From contig CAWBNQ010000003.1 in assembly GCA_963790205.1 (NCBI GenBank), positions 448,001 through 512,000 on the forward strand: a stretch of DNA of 64,000 bases, given 5' to 3'. The position numbers and the translations under genes are program-made. The notes beneath the pieces were generated by a model. The model had not been told where the DNA came from, ran no database searches, and saw only the letters and a list, made by a program, of their open reading frames with translations. The stretch comes from Nitrospirota bacterium (GTDB lineage: Bacteria > Nitrospirota > UBA9217). Below are positions 48,562 through 58,204 of this stretch, piece by piece; the stretch's first letter is position 1, and each line of letters begins with the position of its first letter.

Positions 48562-49188
48562 ATGAATCAGAACGACTTCCTCAAGTCTTTCCCCACCTTC
48601 GGCCGCTCTCCCGTCGCCATGATAAAAGAGCTCGTGTCCAGCGGCACGGTCCTGAACTTCCCGGCGGGCAGGCAGATCTATTCGGAAGGCGATGCCTGCG
48701 CCGCGATCGCCTTTGTGCTGGACGGCGAGGTCCGGGTATACAGGACCGGCCAGAGCGGGAGAGAAATCACGCTCTACGAAATCGGGCCCGGCGAGACCTG
48801 CATCTTGAACGCGTCGTGCCTTCTCTCGGGGACGTCCTATCCCGCCAACGCCGTGACCTCGTCGGCAGGAAGCATGCTGCTCGTACCGGCGGCTGATTTC
48901 CGACGCATGATGGCGGCGCACGAGGAGATGAGGGATTTCGTCTTCACGCTCCTGAGCAGGCGGCTGTCGCTGGTCATGGAACTGGTCGAGGAGGTGGCCT
49001 TCGGCAGGATGGACCAGCGGCTCATGGATTACCTGGTGGAAAAATCAGCTGACAACAGACTTGAAGCCACCCATCAGAAGATCGCCAACGACCTCGGCAC
49101 CTCCCGCGAAGTGGTGAGCCGCCTTTTGAAGGATTTCGAACGCAAGAACCAGGTCAGCCTTTCCCGGAATTTGATCACCCTGTTGTAG
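48562..49188 (+). CDS. Crp/Fnr family regulator
   Basis: cNMP-like domain (GREITLY, GETCIL); HTH THQKIANDLGTSREVVSRLL. Confidence 0.9.
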   Translation: MNQNDFLKSFPTFGRSPVAMIKELVSSGTVLNFPAGRQIYSEGDACAAIAFVLDGEVRVYRTGQSGREITLYEIGPGETCILNASCLLSGTSYPANAVTSSAGSMLLVPAADFRRMMAAHEEMRDFVFTLLSRRLSLVMELVEEVAFGRMDQRLMDYLVEKSADNRLEATHQKIANDLGTSREVVSRLLKDFERKNQVSLSRNLITLL

Positions 49189-49290
49189 GCATGAAGTTGG
49201 GAAGCTGAGAAGATAAGAAGTTCTGACGCGCCTTTCGCCCACCGTCCAAATATTCCGATCATCACAACTTCCTATTTTCCCGCCTTTCTT

Positions 49291-49332
49291 TGTGACTTAG
49301 TCACAGACGTCCGTCCTCCCTTCCGGTATGAT
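49291..49332 (+). promoter_or_regulatory. Crp/Fnr-type operator and -10 box for the DUF2892 gene
   Basis: Palindrome TGTGACT-T-AGTCACA at 49291-49305; TATGAT at 49327. Confidence 0.65.
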
Positions 49333-49391
49333 GTTGATCAGGAACGGCCCCTTCGGCGGCCGCCATCATCTCATATCAGGAGGACAGGATC

Positions 49392-49583
49392 ATGAAAAAG
49401 AACATCGGTTCAGCAGAAAGAGTCATCAGGATCGTCGCGGGCATTGCCATTCTCTCCCTCGCTTTTGCGGGGCCCAGATCCCCCTGGGCTTACCTTGGGA
49501 TCGTCCCTCTCGCGACCGGCTTGATCGGCTGGTGCCCGCCCTACGCACTCTTTGGCTTTTCGACCTGCAAAAGCTGCAAGTAG
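49392..49583 (+). CDS. DUF2892 (YgaP-like) membrane protein
   Basis: KNIGSAERVIR, TGLIGWCPPY..FGFSTC; AGGAGG RBS. Confidence 0.88.
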   Translation: MKKNIGSAERVIRIVAGIAILSLAFAGPRSPWAYLGIVPLATGLIGWCPPYALFGFSTCKSCK

Positions 49584-49783
49584 TTCCGTCCCGTCGGGGC
49601 GCATCAAGAGCGAGCAGCTGCTCACCCGGCAAAGCATGGCTTCCCTTCCATAAAAAGGGCGCTTCATCGTTATGATGGAGCGCCCGCTTCAATCGAGACC
49701 GTGAAATTCCTGAAACTTTCGGCTTGACAGGAGAGCGTAACAGGGTGTATTTTACCTGAGCTTTGTCATGGTCTTGCCGTGTC

Positions 49784-49811
49784 AAGCCCCTTCTAAAAAG
49801 GGGCTTTTTTT
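49784..49811 (+). terminator. Terminator-like hairpin upstream of glutamate synthase genes
   Basis: AAGCCCCTT-CTAAA-AAGGGGCTT followed by T-run. Confidence 0.6.
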
Positions 49812-50016
49812 ACCACTGCTTAAAACTTATACAGGGTCGTTTGTGAGCGAACAAGGGTTTTCCCACCCGGAAACAAAGACCCCGATTTTGAAAAGCGCCA
49901 AATCCGAAGCGCCAATAACAATTTAGCGCGCCAGGCCAAATTCCAAATTCGAAACTTGGTCCTTGAACATCGGTGATTTGGATCCTGGAATTTGAGATTT
50001 CTTGAGGAGTAATTCT

Positions 50017-51126
50017 ATGTGCCGTTTGAGCGCCATTACATCGAGCGACTATATCTCTCCCATGGAGAATATCCACGCGCTTGAGACCATGAAGGAAGGC
50101 CATGACGGCTCGGGCCTGGGGCTCATGCTCAAGGACCTGGGCGGTCCGTTCGCCGATTTTAAACAGCATCCCACCCTGTCGGCCATCTGCTCGAACAAGG
50201 GCCTTGCCATGCTCGAAGAGTACATGAAGACCCAGGGCTTCACGGAGAAGTTATCCTGGGAGCCCCCGATCACGAACGTCGCGGGTGTGGAGCGGAGGGA
50301 TCACTACATCGCGAAGGTCTATGACTATCCCGCTCCGTACAAGGACAAGCCGAAGAAGGAGCGGGAAGACCTGCTCATGAACACGCGGCTTGCGCTCAGG
50401 TGCATGGGCGAACCGGACGGGTCGCTCTTTGTCTTTTCGTTTTACCCCGACGTCCTGACGCTCAAGGAAGTAGGGGACCCGCTCCAGCTCGGCGAGTTCT
50501 TCGGCCTCGAGAAGTCGGGCCTCAAGGCGAAGATCGTCCTGGCCCAGGGCAGGCAGAACACGAACTACGCCATCTACCTCTACGCGTGCCATCCCTTCTT
50601 CATCCAGGGCTACGCCACGATGACGAACGGAGAGAACACGGCGTTCGTGCCGATCCGCGAGTTCCTCATGGGCCGGGGAAACCCGGGATACATGGGCTAC
50701 AATTCCGACTCCGAGGTCTTCACTCACATCCTGCACTACACGAACAGGACCCTGGGCTATCCGCTTCGTTATTACAAGGACATCATCACGCCGATGAAGG
50801 ACGCGGAGCTTGAGAAACGCTCTGACGGGGCCGCGCTCGGGCTCCTCAAAAAATCGCTCCGCCCGCTCTGCATCGACGGCCCGAACTGCGTTATCGGGTT
50901 CACGCCCGACGGCTCGGTCTTCATGGTGCACGACTCGAAGAAGCTCCGCCCCGGCGCCGTCGGAGGCAAGCCAGGAAAGTACGCGCTCATGTCCGAGGTC
51001 TGCGGCGTGGACAGCGCTATCCCGGGCCGGGACAAAACAACGGATATTTTCCCCATGAAGTACGATATGGTGGTCATCGCGCCCGGCGCGCGGGAGGTTA
51101 CGGTATGGAACCAGCTACACGGTTAG
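50017..51126 (+). CDS. Glutamate synthase amidotransferase subunit (split GltB domain 1)
   Basis: N-terminal MC nucleophile; GRQNTN, ACHPF, TNGEN, SDSEV, DGP, KLRP. Confidence 0.85.
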   Translation: MCRLSAITSSDYISPMENIHALETMKEGHDGSGLGLMLKDLGGPFADFKQHPTLSAICSNKGLAMLEEYMKTQGFTEKLSWEPPITNVAGVERRDHYIAKVYDYPAPYKDKPKKEREDLLMNTRLALRCMGEPDGSLFVFSFYPDVLTLKEVGDPLQLGEFFGLEKSGLKAKIVLAQGRQNTNYAIYLYACHPFFIQGYATMTNGENTAFVPIREFLMGRGNPGYMGYNSDSEVFTHILHYTNRTLGYPLRYYKDIITPMKDAELEKRSDGAALGLLKKSLRPLCIDGPNCVIGFTPDGSVFMVHDSKKLRPGAVGGKPGKYALMSEVCGVDSAIPGRDKTTDIFPMKYDMVVIAPGAREVTVWNQLHG

Positions 51127-52760
51127 ACCAGAATCATCAGCTCTCGATAAAAGAGCTTCCCTATATTATCCAGTGGCGCGAGGACCGCTGCACGCGCTGC
51201 GGCCGTTGCACGGCCGTCTGTCCCATGAAGTCCATCGAGGCCGCGGTCTATACCCAGCGGGTGGTAACGTCCGAGGGCGCTAGCCCGGAGCCCAAGGTCG
51301 CGCGCAGGCTGACCCACGTGGTGCGCCAGGTCACGGAGATCGATCGGTACTGCATCGGCTGCGGCACCTGCTCGCTTGTCTGCCCCACGGACGCCATTTT
51401 CCCGGAGTACAACTTCCAGCACAAGCTTTACCACTTCAGGAACAAAGGCGGCATCCCCTTCATGCGCGGCGGACGGCGGAACGACCCGTCAACGTCGACC
51501 CTGGACAAGCTCAAGTTCACGCGCATCTCGATGTTGACCGACCCGGCCCTGGACGCCGGCAGGCATGAGTTCCGCATCAGGACCCTTCTGGGCAGGAACC
51601 TTCCCGCAGAGCAGCTTCCGATCAAGATCGAAGGCGATAAGCTTGTCGCGACCCACGGTTCCTTTGTCCCGCCGGTGCGCGAGATCTACCCCATCCGTAT
51701 CGGCAGCATGTCCATCGGCGCGCTTTCTCCCCACATGTGGGAAGGCCTTGCCATGGGCATCACCTATTTGAATGAGGTGGAAGGCCTGCCCGTGGTCATG
51801 TGTTCGGGCGAAGGCGGCATGCCGCCCTCGATCCTGAAATCACGCTACATGAAATACTTCATTCTCCAGATCGCCTCCGGTTACTTCGGCTGGGACGAGA
51901 TCATCCGGGCGCTCCCCGACATGATCGAAGACCCCGCGGCCATCGAGATCAAGTACGGACAGGGTGCGAAGCCCGGCGACGGCGGGCTGCTTCAGGCCTA
52001 CAAGGTGCTGGGGCTCATCGCCAAGATCCGCGGCGTTCCGCAGTTCGTGGATCTGGCGTCGCCGCCAACGCACCAGACGAAATACTCGATCGAAGAGGCG
52101 GTCGCGAAGATGATCCAGTCCATGTCCATGGCCTGGGGCTTCCGCGTGCCGGTGTATCCGAAAATATCCGGGACCAAAACCGCCCGCGCGGTATTGAACA
52201 ACCTTGCGCGCAATCCCTACGCCGCGGCGCTCTGCATCGACGGCGAGGACGGCGGCACGGGCGCGGCGTATAACGTGTCCATGGACAAGATGGGCCATCC
52301 CATCGCATCGAACATCCGCGACTGCTACCTCGATCTCGTGAAGCAGGGCAAGCAGAACGAGCTTCCGCTCATCGCAGCGGGCGGCGTGGGCAAGGGCGGC
52401 AACCTCGCGGCGAACGCGGCGGCCCTGATCATGCTCGGCGCGTCGGCCGTGGACATGGGCAAGTACATCATGCAGGCTGCCGCGGGCTGCTTCGGCGACG
52501 AGTACAACCGCTGCAATGTCTGCAACCTGGGCAAGTGCCCGCGCGGCATCACGACCCAGGACCCGAAGCTCTACCGCAGGCTCGATCCCGACAAAGTGGC
52601 CGAGCGCGTGGTCGAGGTGTTCAAGGCAGCGGACGTGGAACTCAAGAAGATCTTCGCGCCGCTCGGCAGGAGCACCGAGCTCCCGATCGGCATGTCGGAC
52701 GCGCTTGGCGTGAACGACAAGGAGATCGCGGACCGGCTCCAGATCAGCTACGTATGTTAG
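51105..52760 (+). CDS. Glutamate synthase FMN subunit (split GltB domain 2) with N-terminal 2[4Fe-4S]
   Basis: MSIGALS, SGEGG, QIASG, EIKYGQGAKPGDGG, GGTGA, CNLGKCPRGITTQDP. Confidence 0.9.
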   Translation: MEPATRLDQNHQLSIKELPYIIQWREDRCTRCGRCTAVCPMKSIEAAVYTQRVVTSEGASPEPKVARRLTHVVRQVTEIDRYCIGCGTCSLVCPTDAIFPEYNFQHKLYHFRNKGGIPFMRGGRRNDPSTSTLDKLKFTRISMLTDPALDAGRHEFRIRTLLGRNLPAEQLPIKIEGDKLVATHGSFVPPVREIYPIRIGSMSIGALSPHMWEGLAMGITYLNEVEGLPVVMCSGEGGMPPSILKSRYMKYFILQIASGYFGWDEIIRALPDMIEDPAAIEIKYGQGAKPGDGGLLQAYKVLGLIAKIRGVPQFVDLASPPTHQTKYSIEEAVAKMIQSMSMAWGFRVPVYPKISGTKTARAVLNNLARNPYAAALCIDGEDGGTGAAYNVSMDKMGHPIASNIRDCYLDLVKQGKQNELPLIAAGGVGKGGNLAANAAALIMLGASAVDMGKYIMQAAAGCFGDEYNRCNVCNLGKCPRGITTQDPKLYRRLDPDKVAERVVEVFKAADVELKKIFAPLGRSTELPIGMSDALGVNDKEIADRLQISYVC

Positions 52761-52764
52761 AAAA

Positions 52765-52858
52765 GCAGTAGACGGTAGACGGTAGGCGGCATACAGGGAG
52801 AAGCAAAGTTGTGGTCATTTTCCCCCTGTTTACTGTCTACTGTTTACTACCTACTATC
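52765..52858. repeat. 7-bp tandem repeats as inverted arms (GTAGACG / CTGTCTA)
   Basis: CAGTAGA CGGTAGA CGGTAGG..CTGTTTA CTGTCTA CTGTTTA CTACCTA. Confidence 0.75.
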
Positions 52859-52874
52859 TTTTTTTGAGGGAATA

Positions 52875-55203
52875 ATGATAATCAAGGGCAATATCGACGG
52901 AAAACGTGTCTCTTCGAAAAACCTCGAAGAGCAGATCCAGAAGGCCATCAAGGACGGCGCCAGGGATGTCACCGTTGTTGCAGACGGTCAGCACGGCATC
53001 GGCGGACGCATCTGGCCGCAATACGGCAAGGTGAAGATCACCATCGAGGGCACGTCGGGACAGCGCGTGGGCAGCATGGGCATGGACAACACCGAGATCG
53101 TGGTCAAGGGTTCGACGTCCGACGACACGGGCTGGCTCAACTGCGGCACGACGATCACCGTGCTCGGCGACGTGGCGAACGGCGCACATAACGCGGGGGC
53201 CCAGGGCAAGCTCTACGTCCAGGGCGGCGGCGGCGCGCGGTGCGACACCATGACCAAGAAGAACCCCCGGTTCCCGGACCTCCAGTCCTGGTACTTCCGC
53301 GGCGTGGGCGATTCCTTTGCCGAGTTCAAGGCCGGCGGCATTGCCGTGGTCTGCGGCGTGGATCCCCGGGACCCCGAGAACATCCTGGGCTACCGTCCCT
53401 GCGTGGGCATGGTCGGCGGCACGATCTATTTCCGCGGCCCGATCAAGGAATACAGCAAGGCGGACGTAAGGCTCGTGGACCTGACGGAGCAGGACTGGGA
53501 ATGGCTCACCACGAACATGAAGCCCTATCTTGACGGCCATCGACCGCGTGTCCCATTACGAAGAGCTCACGAAGGACATCAATGCCTGGAAGAAGCTCAT
53601 CGCCTTCACGCCGGCCGAAAAGGCCAAGGCAAAGGGCAAGCTCAAGATGGGACTCACCGAGTTCCGCTTGAACGTCTGGGAAAAGGAAGTGGGCAAGGGC
53701 GGCATGTTCGGCGCCTACCTTACCCACGACCGCTCCGTGCTCCCTTATATCACCACCGGCGAGGAGCGGCGCTGGAAGCCGGTCTGGAAGAACGACCAGT
53801 ATCTTCCTCCCTGCGCCTATGCATGCCCGTCGCGGATCCCGTCACACAAGCGCGCGTCCTTGATCAGGCAGGGGAGGACCGCCGAGGCGCTTGCCCTCGT
53901 GCTCCAGTACAGTCCGCTTCCCGCAACGGTCTGCGGCACGGTCTGTCCGAACCTCTGCATGACGGACTGCACCCGCGGCAGGGTTGACGAACCCTTGAAC
54001 ATCAAAGAATACGGCGCGGCCGCTTTGAACTTGAAAGCCCCGAAGAAGGCAAAATCAACGGGCCACAGCATCGCCGTCATCGGCGGCGGGCCGGGCGGCC
54101 TCTCAACAGCATGGCAGCTGGGGCTCAAGGGCCATACCGTCGATCTCTTCGAAGCCTCGGACAAGATCGGCGGAAAGCTCGAGATGTGCATCCCGCGCGA
54201 GCGCCTGCCGAAGAAGATCCTGGACAAGGAGCTCTCCCGCTTTGCCGAGCTCGGCGTGAACGTCCATACCGGAGTCAACGTGGACAGGAAGAAGTTCGAG
54301 AACATTTATAAGCACCATGACGTGGTGGTCATCGCCGTGGGCGCGCACGAAGGCCGTGTGATCCCGTTCCCGGGGCATGAGGACGTGGTCAAGGGCATCG
54401 ACTATCTCAAGGAGATAAACTTCGGCAAACCGAAGAACCTTAAGGGCAAGAAGGTCGTGGTGATCGGAGCGGGCAACGTGGGCATGGATATCGCGTGCCA
54501 GGCCTATGATCACGGCGCTTCGCTGGTCACCTGCGTGGACATCCAGAAGCCGGCGTCCTTCGGCAAAGAACAGCAGATGGCAAAGGAAAAAGGCACGCAG
54601 ATCCTGTTCCCGAAGGTGACCGAGAAATATGTTGCCCGGGAAAAGAAGCTCTACTTCAAGGACGGCACAAGCATCGATGCCGACCTGGTGATCATCTCCA
54701 TCGGCGAGAAACCGGTGATCGATTTTCTGCCCGCGGAGATCCACACCGAGCGCGGGTATATCACGGTGAACGATCTGGGACAGACCTCGGACGTGAAGGT
54801 CTTCGCCATCGGCGACGCGACCAAGCCGGGCCTGGTGACCCATGCCATCGGAGCAGGCAAGGTTGCCGCGGACAAGATCCATTCCCTTCTCATGAACACC
54901 GACTACGTGCCCGAAGAACGGCGCGTAATCCCCTATGAGCGGGTCAAGACCCAGTACTACGAGGCATGCCGCTTAAACGACGTCAAATTCTCGCCGAAGA
55001 GGGAAGCCGACCGCTGCATGAGCTGCGGCTCCTGCCGCGACTGCGGCATGTGCGAGCAGTCGTGCTACTATGGCGCCATCACGCGCAGGAAGCTGCCGAA
55101 CAGGTCCTTCGAATACGCGGTGGATGAAAGCAAGTGCATCGGCTGCGGCTTCTGCGCCGGCATCTGCCCCTGCGGGGTTTGGGAAATGGTGGAGAACGTA
55201 TAG
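52875..55203 (+). CDS. Fused GltB domain 3 (GXGXG) + GltD-like FAD oxidoreductase + ferredoxin; +1 frameshift at about 53521-53535
   Basis: GQRVGSMG, FAEFKAGG, CVGMVGG in the first frame; CAYACP, VIGGGPGG, VIGAGNVGMD, CMSCGSCRDC, CIGCGFCAGICP in the next frame. Confidence 0.85.
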
Positions 55204-55211
55204 ATTATAAT

Positions 55212-55248
55212 CCCCCGTCGCCCTTTCGGGGAGAGGGCTGGGTGAGGG
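55212..55248. repeat. REP-like element
   Basis: CCCGTCGCCCTTTCGGGGAGAGGGCTGGGTGAGGG, similar to 1059-1095. Confidence 0.6.
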
Positions 55249-55288
55249 AACCTTCTCTCGAATCCCTGTTTTGAAATAACGCAAAAAG

Positions 55289-55325
55289 AACGCCTGTCAG
55301 TAGTGAACCTGCCAGGCGTTTTTAT
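55289..55325. terminator. Bidirectional terminator
   Basis: AACGCCTGTCAG..CTGCCAGGCGTT flanked by A and T runs. Confidence 0.65.
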
Positions 55326-55360
55326 TATCGCGCAGCCGCTAACGGCTTGTGGAGTGCGAA

Positions 55361-55558
55361 TCAGCCCCTTCTCGAAAGCTGGTAGGCGCCGAGGGCCGTG
55401 CAGATCCCTCCTGCTATAAGGACCGTCACCGTTTTATCCGTTGGCGATCCCGTAAAGGCACGCGATATCCTTGAAGAGAACGACCCGGACATGCTTATGC
55501 CCCAGATCAACAGGGCCACGCCGGCTACAAGCAGGATAAGACCGATCTGTTTATTCAT
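55361..55558 (-). CDS. DUF3185-like small membrane protein
   Basis: GLILLVAGVALLIWG..SRAFTGSPTDK; AGGAGG RBS. Confidence 0.75.
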   Translation of the reverse strand: MNKQIGLILLVAGVALLIWGISMSGSFSSRISRAFTGSPTDKTVTVLIAGGICTALGAYQLSRRG

Positions 55559-55879
55559 GGTACCTCCTTGAGTTCATTGTTGGACAGTTTAAGGGCTTTG
55601 AAAAAAAATGTCAATGAGATTTGGCTTGCCGATGTTATGGTCAACAAGTCCTTCTTCTTCACAGTCGCACCGGCATCGCCGGTTTTGCGCAGCCCGAACC
55701 TCATGAACTGGCCTGCATCCGCACCCGATCCATGTTTAATCTTTCATCGGAATAAAATCCGCTGCCCATATGACGGCCAGTGGTTCACATTCCGGACAGC
55801 GTGGAATGGGTTTAGGTTATAATATGGTCAAAGTGCCGCGGAAAGAGAGCGTGATGGTCCGGGGAAAAGAGGCCGAACG

Positions 55880-57034
55880 ATGAGTGACGAGATCAAGACG
55901 GGCAGGGACTTTAAGGACGACATCCTGCGGGAACAGGTCCGCCTTGCCATGAAGCAGCTTCCCACGATGCAAATAACCTCATTCATCGTTGCCCTCGTTC
56001 TTTCCTATACTGTCAGCGATATCGTTCCTCACGTGAACATTGTTCGATGGGACCTCATGGTTCTGGCGATCGTCGTCAGCAGGATCGTCCTCTACTCCAA
56101 GTTTTTGAAAGTACGGGAACAGCCGTTCTCAGGAGAGCGCTGGAAAAAAGCCTACCTGCTCCTTGCCTTCATCTCCGGCGTGATCTGGGGGGCCTCCGCT
56201 TTTATTATTTTCCCGTCGGGCAATCCCGCGCTCATAGCTCTTTTTGTTCTGGTGATAGCAAGTTTGTCGGCGGCCACCACCGTGTCCCATTCCGCGTTGA
56301 GACTGGGGCCGACGGCATGGGCGGCGCCGGCAATGCTGCTCTATGCCGTTCGCTGCTATCGGGAAGGGTTCGAAACCTATACCATAGGCCTTCTTATCAT
56401 CGTTTATTTCTATACGGTTTTAAATTATTCATTCAAGCACAACAACACCATTGCCTCCTTTGTCTCGCTTAAATTCGAGAACCTGGAACTTCTCGAAGAA
56501 CTGCGTAAGGCAAATGATGTTCTTCGGCACGCCTCGGCAATAGACGGGCTCACTGGGCTTGCGAATCGCCGGCAGTTCGACGAAATCATGGACAAGGAAT
56601 GGCGCCGTGCCATACGGGAACAAAAGTCGATTTCCCTCATTATGCTGGATATCGACCATTTCAAGGCTTACAATGATAATTACGGGCATCAGGAAGGAGA
56701 CGACTGCCTCAAAAAAGTGGCTGCGGTCATCGCCGAGTTGGTGAAACGCCCGGCTGATCTTGCGGCACGGTACGGCGGCGAGGAGTTTATGGTGGTACTG
56801 CCGGGCAGTGACATTCGGGGGGCGATCGAACTGGGTGAAAAGCTGAGGATAGCAGTCGAGGTGCTGGACGTGCCGCACGCTCATTCTTCTGCGGCGAGTG
56901 TTGTGACCATAAGCGTGGGGGCGTCGTCGCTGGTCCCTGAACGCGGAGAGGAACCCTCCCGCCTGATCAAGCTGGTGGATACGGCGCTGTACGCGGCCAA
57001 GCGCGGCGGACGCAACCGGGTAAAAGCCGCATGA
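55880..57034 (+). CDS. Membrane diguanylate cyclase (GGDEF)
   Basis: Several TM segments; DGLTGLANRR, DIDHFK.YND.YGH, RPAD I-site, RYGGEEF. Confidence 0.92.
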   Translation: MSDEIKTGRDFKDDILREQVRLAMKQLPTMQITSFIVALVLSYTVSDIVPHVNIVRWDLMVLAIVVSRIVLYSKFLKVREQPFSGERWKKAYLLLAFISGVIWGASAFIIFPSGNPALIALFVLVIASLSAATTVSHSALRLGPTAWAAPAMLLYAVRCYREGFETYTIGLLIIVYFYTVLNYSFKHNNTIASFVSLKFENLELLEELRKANDVLRHASAIDGLTGLANRRQFDEIMDKEWRRAIREQKSISLIMLDIDHFKAYNDNYGHQEGDDCLKKVAAVIAELVKRPADLAARYGGEEFMVVLPGSDIRGAIELGEKLRIAVEVLDVPHAHSSAASVVTISVGASSLVPERGEEPSRLIKLVDTALYAAKRGGRNRVKAA

Positions 57035-57270
57035 GGAAGCGTCGGATCAGGCCTGAGTTCCGGATATCCCGCGCGATGCAGCCGGACGGCATGCGATTCA
57101 GGATTGTTCACGAGACACTTGTCCGCGTGCGTCGCCTGGTCAATGAAGGGCTTTCCTTTTCTTGACTCATATCCTTCTTTCGGATACACTCCCCGTGTCG
57201 TTGTACACTCGTCGTACTCGCGGGATCTGATTCCGGTTCCTTGAAAAAAACATGAATGGAGGGACCCAGC

Positions 57271-57690
57271 ATGATAAGAACACCCTCGTGGTTCATACCT
57301 GCGGTCATGGCCTTGATCCTCTGGGGCGTGTGGGGGGTTCTTCAAAAACTTGCCACAAGCCACATGTCGCCGCGGAACGTCTATCTCGTCTCGGCCCTGG
57401 GCGCGATCGCGGTCGTCCTGGTAATAGTGTCAACGAGCAAATTTCCGCTCCACATGAGCGTCGACGGAACGCTCTTTGCCCTCATCGCCGGAATATGCAG
57501 CGCCCTCGGCGGCCTTCTGTTCCTCCATGCCGTGAGCAAGGGGGAGGCCTCGGTCGTTATCACTTTCACCGCCCTCTATCCCGTCGTTTCGATCATGCTG
57601 TCCTTTGTCCTGTTCAGAGAAGCGATCACCCTGAAGCAGGGGATCGGCATTGTCATGGCCCTTTTTTCGATGGCGCTGCTTGCAGGATAG
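57271..57690 (+). CDS. EamA/DMT family small transporter
   Basis: ILWGVWG, AVSKGEASVV..LYPVV..LFREAIT; GGAGG RBS. Confidence 0.82.
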   Translation: MIRTPSWFIPAVMALILWGVWGVLQKLATSHMSPRNVYLVSALGAIAVVLVIVSTSKFPLHMSVDGTLFALIAGICSALGGLLFLHAVSKGEASVVITFTALYPVVSIMLSFVLFREAITLKQGIGIVMALFSMALLAG

Positions 57691-57810
57691 TTGTCCGCCG
57701 TGAGCGAGTGAAACGTCGCCGCGTGCCGTCCGAAAAGAGGGGACACCATCACGCCTCGCGGCTGCCGCATCAATCCTTCCGTGAACTGGCGCCTGTCGAT
57801 TCATGCCGGT

Positions 57811-58000
57811 CTATTTTACGAAATACTGAACGATATAGTTAAGCGCGAGGGACAGGATCATGATTCCCAGCACGAGCTTGATGATTCTTTTGGGACGTAT
57901 TTCCGGAGCCGCGCGCCGGAGGTGAAGGTGGAGACGACGAGCGCCGCGGCGGAAGAAACCCCGCGTTTTAACACTGGATACGGGAAACAGGGCGTACAGA
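57811..58000 (-). pseudogene. Internally deleted TSUP (TauE/SafE)-like remnant
   Basis: Minus-strand fragments LFPVSSVKT..ALVVSTFTS joined directly to GARLRKYVPK / RIIKLVLGIMILSLALNYIVQYFVK*, with frameshifts. Confidence 0.5.
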
Positions 58001-58143
58001 GCTTCCAGGGGGATTGAGTATAGCACAAAAAAAGTGGAGTTTGAACACGAAAAACGGGGCGCTACGGCCAAAAGGGTCGATTCCCATGCGAATGGAAACA
58101 AGGTTTCCAATCGCATTATTCCATCTACATTTAAAATTAGTGT

Positions 58144-58171
58144 TTGACGCAGTTTTTGTTTTTGATATAAT
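58144..58171 (+). promoter_or_regulatory. sigma70 promoter
   Basis: TTGACG-N16-TATAAT with extended TG. Confidence 0.7.
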
Positions 58172-58204
58172 TGAATCAGGAACGAAATAAGAAAGGCAGG
58201 AAGC

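Noticed and set aside
57060..57240. Minus-strand ferredoxin-like relic (ECTTTRGVYPKE..DKCLVNNPE)
   Set aside because: Most Cys are missing and the resemblance is too weak to support without a search.
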